Assembly (NCBI GenBank): GCA_964035545.1 | Contig: OZ037770.1 | Span: 8,314,973-8,378,972 of the forward strand | Origin: Bugula neritina | Taxonomy: Eukaryota > Animalia > Bryozoa | Length of the DNA: 64,000 nucleotides | Reading direction: 5' to 3' | Shown here: positions 21,131 through 64,000 of the stretch, one piece after another | How the letters are laid out: the number at the start of each line of letters is the position of its first letter | Position numbering within the stretch: the first letter of the stretch is position 1 | Notes under the pieces: model-generated | What the model was told of the DNA's origin: nothing | Database searches by the model: none | What the model saw: only the letters and a program-made list of their open reading frames with translations | Made by a program: the position numbers and the translations under genes

Positions 21131-24100
21131 TCAAGCTTGGATGTCCGTGGATTGAGTTTGAATGCGTCTTCCCTTGACAACGTCAGCGTACGAAAAGACT
21201 GGGCAGCGTGGTTGTTGCGCACGGCTGGAACTATTTGCCCCGGGCGTAGTAGTTTTGTTTACTACTCCGCCTTCGCAAAAGTTGAGATTTCCGTGGTGTT
21301 CACAACTCTCACGCTTTGTTGCCAGTCCTTCCGTACGGCGCCCAGCTAGACTTTCATAACTGCCGTTTGTAACACGGTCACATATGAAGTCTTTAAGGTA
21401 TGCTGGGGGTTGTCTAGTACGCTGTCCCCGTTCCAGGGGAGGTGACGTATCAGCTGGAGAGGGAGTTGTAGCTGTTGGTTGGGGCGGCGTACTCACTGGT
21501 GGGCTATTTTGCTCCACCTGTGGTGTTTCTGGCCCGCCGTTGGTGGTGGTGTTCCCCTCTCCGCTGTTGTCTCCAGATGGAGCCCCTCCCACGGGGGGGT
21601 TTTGCACTTCCGGACGCGGATGCGGAACCGGAAGTGGTGGGGGTAGACTTGGTACTGGGGGTGGTGGGCGCACTTCCGTTGGTGAGAGTGGCGTCTCCTG
21701 CCTCACCAAGTCCTCTCCCCGCGGCACAACCACTTCGTATTCTGGTCCATGCCGTTGCCGCCCGCGCGTTACTGTCTGCCTCCTGGGCTCCAACAACGGG
21801 GGGGCTGCTCCTGCTGCTCCTGGGCTAGCCCAATACGGTTTCAAGCGGGCTTCGTTCTGGACAGAGACCTGTCCAGATCGCTCCAACTTGTACGTATGAT
21901 TGGGCATAGCCTCAACTACTACGTAGGGTCCCACAAACTTAGGCTGGAGCTTAGCCGCTTGTCCTCGACGCCTACGGTAGTTGACCATCCACACCCAGTC
22001 CCCAGTTTGATAGAGGGGTGGTTCCTGAGAGTCCTCTCGCCGTACCTGCCACTGCTTCGCCCGCAGTATTTTGTGTGCGGCCTTCAGGTCCTCTATCAAT
22101 TTACTGGCATACTCGTGGATGGTATAGTCCTGCTCTGGGATGTGGTATGTGAGGTGGTCAGGCACTCGCGTCTCTCGACCGAGCATCAGGAGGTTAGGGG
22201 TTTCCCCCGTACTGGTGTGTGGTGTACTACGGTAGGCCCGCATGACTTGCGGCAGTACCGTATCCCACTCCTCCTGACCCCGGCCGAGGAGCAGACTGCG
22301 CAGTGCATCGCCCAACATGCGGTTGTTGCGTTCCACCACCCCGTTGCCCTGAGGATGGTACGGGGTGGTCCTGCTTTGGTTTACTCCCCAGAGGCGGCAG
22401 AGGTCGCTCAACAGTTGGGACTGGAATTGAGCCCCCTGGTCCGAATGTATTTGCTCAGGTAGTCCTAGATAGCAGAATACATTTTGGTCCAGCACCCTGG
22501 CCACCGTGGGGGCGGACGCATCTGGAATAGCCAGGGCGTCCGCCCACCGTGTAAAGTGGTCGGTTAATACTAGGATCCAACTGTTTCCTCTGGGGGTGAC
22601 GGGCATGGGTCCGACTAGGTCGATAGCTACCACCTGCCACGGCCTCCCAGCATATAGCCTACGCCGTCCCGCTTCGCCAGGGAGACGGCCATGCTTGCTG
22701 GCCTGGCAGATTTCGCATTGTTTGACTCTACGCCGCACCTCACGCTCCATGCCGGGCCAGTACCACCGGAGTTGTAACTTGGAGAGCACCCTGCTCACCC
22801 CGGCGTGGGCCTGTTTGTGGGTGTCCCATACTAACTCCCGGCGTATGGCGGCTGGGCAGATCACCCTCTTCCTGCCGTACTGGTTGTTGTGAGCAGCCAC
22901 TGTGATGGTCAGCAGACCATCTGGCCCGATCCGCAGGGAGTCCCAACGTTGGCAGTACGACCGTAACTCGGTGCATCCCTGCCGCAGTTGTTCTTCACTG
23001 GGTCGTCGCCCCTCCTTTTTGGCACGATATACGTCGGCTACTACTCCAGGGAGGTCCTCCTGGAGTCTTCGTAGCTCCCTAACGTTATCAGCCAAGACAG
23101 GATTGGCACGGAGGCGTTGGATAGCCTCCGGGGGCGTAGCGGCCTTCTGTAGGAGTTGACCCTGGTCCCAGTCATACTCCGTTTCAGAGTGGTTCAGTGC
23201 TCTCAACTCGGATTTTGGAGGACCTCCGTCCCTCTTCTTGATGTTGAGGCACTGTTTACACCCCTCGTCCGGTCGCCGGCCCAGTCCATCAGCATTGCCG
23301 TGTTTCTTACCGGGTCGGTGCTCGATCCGGTAAGAGAACTCGGCCAGGACCTCGAGCCATCGGGCGACTTGGCTGGACGGTTCTGCTCTCTTACATAACC
23401 AAATCAAGGAGGCGTGGTCGGTCCGCAAGCGGAACTTCCTGCCGTATAGATAAGGTCTGAAATGCTCCACTGACTTGATTACTGCCAGTAATTCCTTTCG
23501 GGTAGTGCAGTAATTTCGTTCAGTGGGCGAGAGAGACTTACTGTAGTAGGCCACGACTACTTCGCAGCCCTCCTGCACCTGGGACAGCACAGCGCCGACA
23601 TTTTGGTTACTGGCGTCAGTATCGAGGATGTACTCCAGGGCAGGGTCTGGATAGGCCAGGATAGGGGCCTCCAGCAGGCGGCCCTTGAGGCAGTCGAACG
23701 CTCTCTGTTCGACGGGAGTCCACTGCCAGGTCACCCCCTTTGCGGTGAGCCGGTTTAATGGCTGCGCTACCCCCGCAAAGTCTGGTATGTATTGCCTGTA
23801 ATACCCTACCAGCCCCAGGAAAGCCCGTAGCCCGGTCAAATCCTGGGGGGTTACCCAATCTTCTATAGCTCGTACCTTTTCAGGATCCGTCGCCACACCG
23901 TGACGGCCGACGATGTGCCCCAGGTACTTCACCTCTGGCTGCAAGAGAGCGCACTTTGAGGGTTTGAGCTTCAGATTGGCGCCTCGGAGTCGATCGAAGA
24001 CCTCCCGCAGACGGCTGACGTGTGTCTGAAAGTCTGGGGAGATCACGATGACGTCGTCGAGGTATACTAGCAGTGTCTTCCAGTGGAGTCCACTGAGGAC

Positions 24101-26590
24101 CTGTTCCATGAGCCGCTGGAACGTGGCGGGGGCAGAAGTCAGTCCGAAGGGGAGGACTTTCCACTTCCATAAGCCGTCCCGCGTGATGAACACCGCCTTC
24201 TCCTGGGCGTCTGGGCTGAGGGGGACCTGCCAATAGCCGCTCAACAAGTCTAGCGTACTGAAGTACTTGCTGCCGGCTAAGGCGTCCAGAGATTCGTCGA
24301 TCCTGGGTAAGGGGTAGGCGTCCTGTATGGTCACGCTATTGAGCTTGCGATAATCCACACAGAACCGCCAACTGCCGTCTTTCTTTCGGACCAGAACGAC
24401 CGGTGAACTCCACGCACTATGTGCTGGCTCGATGAGGCCGCGGTCCAAAAGATCCCGGACTTGTTGGCTGACCTCCTTTTCCTTCTCGGGTCCCAGCCTC
24501 CTAGTGGGCTGCCGAATAGGGGTAGTCCCTGCAGCTAGCGGTATCTCATGACGGACGGCCGTGGTCAGGCCGACGTCATGGTCCCCACTGCTGAACACGT
24601 CGCTATAATCACGTAGCAACTGAGCCATAGTCTGGCGTTCCACGTTGCCCGTGCAGCCGTCACACGCTGCCTGGTATAGCTCTTTGACGTGTGGTGGGAC
24701 GGTCCCCCGCCTAACTGACGGGCTCTGTTGGGGACCTTCCGTCGCAGCTCCCAGCGACGGCCCTATATCCTCCTCCTGGATGGAGTGGAAGCGACCCAGC
24801 ATGGATCCTGACGGTAATTGTACCGCTTCGGAGAAGGGGTTGACACACTGCACCAAGATCTCTCCTCGGTCAGTCAGCCGGTTAAGACTGCTGGCGAGTT
24901 GGATTCTAGTGTGCGCACCTTCGACAACCCCTAACCCCGAGAGTTGGCTATTGTTCACTCTGCAGTGAACGGTAGCCCGGGAGCGGCCGGGTATAGTACA
25001 GTTGCGTACTACCTGCACACCTCCCGCTAGAGGACAACCGAACTTGTCGACACAGGTGAGCTCTTTGCCGCCCATTAGCATGGCTGACTTACTAAAGTCA
25101 ATATGGCACCCGTGTCTCTTCAAGAACGGCATCCCCAGTATGGCATCTTCCTCCAGTGGGCTGATGACGAAGGTTTCCTGAATGGCCTGATCGCGGACGC
25201 GCCCAGCCAATTCTATGATACCGTAGAAAGGAATCCGTGACCCGTCAGCTAGGGTGCCCGGTTCCCCGGTATAGGGAGCTAAGGCTCCCCTCTCCTTGAG
25301 AGGGAGGGTGTCGAAGACCCAACGGCTGAGGAGATTAGTGGTACACCCGGAGTCTAACAGGAAGGTGACAGCTTTACCGGCCACCTTCCCTGGCAAGAAG
25401 TAGCTGCCTCCGTGAGGTTGTACCCGTACTCCCCCAGCGTGCTCGGTCTCGGCCGAACGGGGCTGTGCCCGTTTGTTCCGCGGTTTGCGGGGCCGGTGAG
25501 AGTTTCTTTGCGGGGAGGTGTTTTGATCCTCCCCGATGCCCTGAGGGGCCTTGCTGGTCTGTTCCATTACTGGTAACGGACCGAAGCGGTTGGTGAGAGG
25601 CAGAGAGAAGGGGTCTCGTGGTCGACCCGGTTGGCTGGTTCGGCGAGGTGTTTGCCATTGACGGGGGGTGTGCTGCTGGGCCCGTACGGGCTCCTGGCGA
25701 CATCCACCCCGTTTTTCTCTCGGTGTGGGCCCGCGGAGCTCTGGGGGTCTCCGGGGAGGTTGTGGCTTCTGCTGCCGTTTGAATCGTGGGCCGCTCGGGT
25801 GGCGGTGCCCCTGGTTGCCGCTTTCCCAGCGTCGCATCATAGGTCTGGGGGGTTTTGCTGCCGTCTTCTTACTCTTCCTTGGGTGATTGTATGTTATCGT
25901 CGCCACCAATTGTCCCAGTCTAGTCATCAAGCGGCTTATCTCCATCTCTATGGGGGGTTTAATGGTCGCGGCAGCTATGCGGACCGGATGGTCTGGCTCC
26001 CTAGAGGTCTGGGGAGTGGCCTCTTCCGTCTTATAGAGTCGCTCGGCTCCAGCGTAGGCCTTGTTCTCCTGGATTGCAGCCTCGATTGTGGTCACTCCCT
26101 TGGCTTGTAACTGGTGGTGGAAGTCCAAAGAGTTGAGAGACTGTACAAAGGCTTCGAATGTGTAGTGCCGTCTGTGTGTTTCTGGCAGATCGCTATACGC
26201 GGTCCGTGCCAGTCTCTGCACCAGAGTGGCGTGGTCAGGAAGCGGTGTACACGTCTTGCGGAGTAATCCTCGCAGCCTGGACTTGGCGACAGCAACGGGC
26301 ATGCCAAAACGGGCCCGTAGTGTAGCAATGATCCCGTTTACGCTAGGCTTCCACCCGTACGGCTTGGCTTCTTCCGTCAGTGCCATCCGCAGTTTCGTAA
26401 GAGTTACTCTTGGCGGCCATCTTGTAATGGCTGCAACTTCACGGAACTCTTGAATGAACTGTTCAACATCCTCGAGGCCCGTGAACACGGGAACCTCTAA
26501 TGTGTTCCTATATACCTCCTCTCCAGCTCCGAGAGGGCCTATAATAATGTTTCGCTCACCTCCTTCCATTGAAGTTACTCTCCCGTCCAT
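21131..26590 (-). CDS. gag-pol: Single-ORF Gag-Pol polyprotein of element C (1819 aa)
   Basis: Gag-like N-terminus, LLDSG protease, YLDD RT, RNase H, HHCC/DDE integrase, GPY; no stops. Confidence 0.95.
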   Translation of the reverse strand: MDGRVTSMEGGERNIIIGPLGAGEEVYRNTLEVPVFTGLEDVEQFIQEFREVAAITRWPPRVTLTKLRMALTEEAKPYGWKPSVNGIIATLRARFGMPVAVAKSRLRGLLRKTCTPLPDHATLVQRLARTAYSDLPETHRRHYTFEAFVQSLNSLDFHHQLQAKGVTTIEAAIQENKAYAGAERLYKTEEATPQTSREPDHPVRIAAATIKPPIEMEISRLMTRLGQLVATITYNHPRKSKKTAAKPPRPMMRRWESGNQGHRHPSGPRFKRQQKPQPPRRPPELRGPTPREKRGGCRQEPVRAQQHTPRQWQTPRRTSQPGRPRDPFSLPLTNRFGPLPVMEQTSKAPQGIGEDQNTSPQRNSHRPRKPRNKRAQPRSAETEHAGGVRVQPHGGSYFLPGKVAGKAVTFLLDSGCTTNLLSRWVFDTLPLKERGALAPYTGEPGTLADGSRIPFYGIIELAGRVRDQAIQETFVISPLEEDAILGMPFLKRHGCHIDFSKSAMLMGGKELTCVDKFGCPLAGGVQVVRNCTIPGRSRATVHCRVNNSQLSGLGVVEGAHTRIQLASSLNRLTDRGEILVQCVNPFSEAVQLPSGSMLGRFHSIQEEDIGPSLGAATEGPQQSPSVRRGTVPPHVKELYQAACDGCTGNVERQTMAQLLRDYSDVFSSGDHDVGLTTAVRHEIPLAAGTTPIRQPTRRLGPEKEKEVSQQVRDLLDRGLIEPAHSAWSSPVVLVRKKDGSWRFCVDYRKLNSVTIQDAYPLPRIDESLDALAGSKYFSTLDLLSGYWQVPLSPDAQEKAVFITRDGLWKWKVLPFGLTSAPATFQRLMEQVLSGLHWKTLLVYLDDVIVISPDFQTHVSRLREVFDRLRGANLKLKPSKCALLQPEVKYLGHIVGRHGVATDPEKVRAIEDWVTPQDLTGLRAFLGLVGYYRQYIPDFAGVAQPLNRLTAKGVTWQWTPVEQRAFDCLKGRLLEAPILAYPDPALEYILDTDASNQNVGAVLSQVQEGCEVVVAYYSKSLSPTERNYCTTRKELLAVIKSVEHFRPYLYGRKFRLRTDHASLIWLCKRAEPSSQVARWLEVLAEFSYRIEHRPGKKHGNADGLGRRPDEGCKQCLNIKKRDGGPPKSELRALNHSETEYDWDQGQLLQKAATPPEAIQRLRANPVLADNVRELRRLQEDLPGVVADVYRAKKEGRRPSEEQLRQGCTELRSYCQRWDSLRIGPDGLLTITVAAHNNQYGRKRVICPAAIRRELVWDTHKQAHAGVSRVLSKLQLRWYWPGMEREVRRRVKQCEICQASKHGRLPGEAGRRRLYAGRPWQVVAIDLVGPMPVTPRGNSWILVLTDHFTRWADALAIPDASAPTVARVLDQNVFCYLGLPEQIHSDQGAQFQSQLLSDLCRLWGVNQSRTTPYHPQGNGVVERNNRMLGDALRSLLLGRGQEEWDTVLPQVMRAYRSTPHTSTGETPNLLMLGRETRVPDHLTYHIPEQDYTIHEYASKLIEDLKAAHKILRAKQWQVRREDSQEPPLYQTGDWVWMVNYRRRRGQAAKLQPKFVGPYVVVEAMPNHTYKLERSGQVSVQNEARLKPYWASPGAAGAAPPLLEPRRQTVTRGRQRHGPEYEVVVPRGEDLVRQETPLSPTEVRPPPPVPSLPPPLPVPHPRPEVQNPPVGGAPSGDNSGEGNTTTNGGPETPQVEQNSPPVSTPPQPTATTPSPADTSPPLERGQRTRQPPAYLKDFICDRVTNGSYESLAGRRTEGLATKRESCEHHGNLNFCEGGVVNKTTTPGANSSSRAQQPRCPVFSYADVVKGRRIQTQSTDIQA

Positions 26591-26632
26591 GATGTTCTAA
26601 TACTTCTCATTGTTCTTATACAGTAGCTAGAA

Positions 26633-26650
26633 ATCCCACTGCTGCCACCA
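26633..26650 (-). promoter_or_regulatory. Primer-binding site (tRNA-Leu type) of C
   Basis: Minus strand TGGTGGCAGCAGTGGGAT adjacent to the 5' LTR. Confidence 0.85.
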
Positions 26651-26651
26651 C

Positions 26652-26924
26652 TGTAGTAATTTGTGTGATTACTATGCGTGGGTTCCTAGCTTGTAATTAT
26701 AGTCTATTTATCCACATCAATAAAGTATTTAAGTAAGAGTTTCCAAAGTTTATTCGCTATTAATTATGTAAAAGATACAGCACGTACACAGATCAGAGAT
26801 TACATCTTCGCTTAGTTAATACGCTCTCTCTACTAACAAACTACTACTAGCTGAGGGTTATCACGTGACGCACTCGGATAGGCTGAAGGAATACGGAGGA
26901 CGCGCGTATTACGTCCTCACTACA
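26652..26924 (-). repeat. 5' LTR of element C
   Basis: Direct repeat of 19352-19623. Confidence 0.97.
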
Positions 26925-28037
26925 GCTTAAGCATGGATTTGTCAGTAGAGTCAGTCAAGTCAGTAGGTGAACCTCACAATAACCCTAAGTATGGCTATGG
27001 CTTGTCTAGTTGTAATTATGTCACAAACCAAGCTCTTCGGCCATGTAGTAGGTATCGTTTATTTTTTATTTGAGTCAATCAATTTTAAAAGAATCCATCA
27101 CAGAGTTTCAACACAATTATATTTGCTGCTTTGTCCCCTTAAAAACATTCAATTCAATGCCTAGCAGTCGTAGCTTACAAGGTACATGTTTTATATGATA
27201 TTGTTCATAATCTTTAAATAATTTACATATAAATGTTGGTGGAGACTAAAGTCTAACAATCAAAAGTTGTATAACATTTATAGAAAAGCAGTTGCAGTTT
27301 ACGGAGTTAATATAAATACAGGTCATCTTTATTCCAGATAAAACAACAGTTTGAATTTTAGATCAGTGATGAAAGATGACAGAAAATTTCATGTTTACAA
27401 TCAACATTAATTACATACACATAAAATATGCTCACATTCTATATAACAAATTAAAAATTTTAGTATAACATACTATATAGTAGTAACATAACATGCAGTA
27501 ATAAAACGTACAATAATATAATATATAGTAACATAGCTCGCAGCATTTTAATATACCTAAGGGCTTGCAGAGTTGTTGTCCTTGACATTCGTTTCACCAT
27601 AATCTATAGAGTCATGTTTATCAGAGGACACTGAGGGCTATATACTTTCCCTAACCATTACAGTTTTTTAAAATTCGAAGTTGACTTTTAATAACACGTT
27701 GTTTACTAGATACCATGTATTCAAATCTATTAGACAATTGAGACCAGTTTTGATTGTATTGTACTTTGACTTTAGAAATAATATATAAAAGATTTCGGAC
27801 TTACAAAAGCTGGCAATAATTAAGGTAATGCAATATTCATCAACAGTGAATATCAGCAATAGAAGGCTACTCAGCAATATGGAAATATTCCCATGAGCTG
27901 TTGCAAATGTCTCAACAGTATAAAAAAATTGAAAGAAAAGTATAAAAACACTCAGTAGAAGTAGACTATAAATGGCTGTTAAAAATGTTATGTTGGTTCA
28001 TTTTTATGTCTTGAACATTCTCTCTGTCCATCTATTC

Positions 28038-64000
<35,963 letters not shown>

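Larger units (their letters stand above)
19352..26924 (-). mobile_element. Gypsy LTR retrotransposon C (apparently intact, intergenic)
   Basis: LTRs 19352-19623 and 26652-26924 (1 substitution + 1 indel); TSD GCTT; PBS 26633-26650; G-rich PPT next to 19624; uninterrupted gag-pol and ORF3. Confidence 0.97.

Overview
Eukaryotic (invertebrate-animal-like, AT-rich, intron-rich) DNA with two layers. (1) Two tandem, closely related minus-strand genes for fibronectin-type-III (FN3) receptors. Gene 1 (>64000 to ~28040) is an R3-like receptor protein tyrosine phosphatase. It has a recently expanded FN3 exon array, an RKKR site, a TM helix, one PTP domain with an intact HCSAGVGR P-loop but WPD->WPS and KNRY->KNRT, and a long tail with eight tyrosine motifs. 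Gene 2 (~17756 to <1) is a paralog; only its signal peptide, Thr-rich stalk and first FN3 exons lie in the window. (2) Four related Ty3/Gypsy LTR retrotransposons cover ~26.6 kb, all with 4-bp TSDs and a tRNA-Leu-type PBS (only a remnant in B). A (843-8236) is nested in the 5' LTR of B (720-11912), C (19352-26924) appears intact, and D spans 34890-42767. B, C and D carry a conserved third ORF at the env position that is not an envelope protein: it has an acidic N-terminus, two zinc fingers, a PxVxL-like motif, a basic NLS-like patch and a coiled coil. This ORF3 is the best candidate for an undescribed system. Also present: minisatellites built from amplified splice donors inside the PTP gene, MITEs, a Kolobok-like element and tRNA-derived SINEs. 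Exon boundaries and sequence comparisons were read by eye; no database searches were run.
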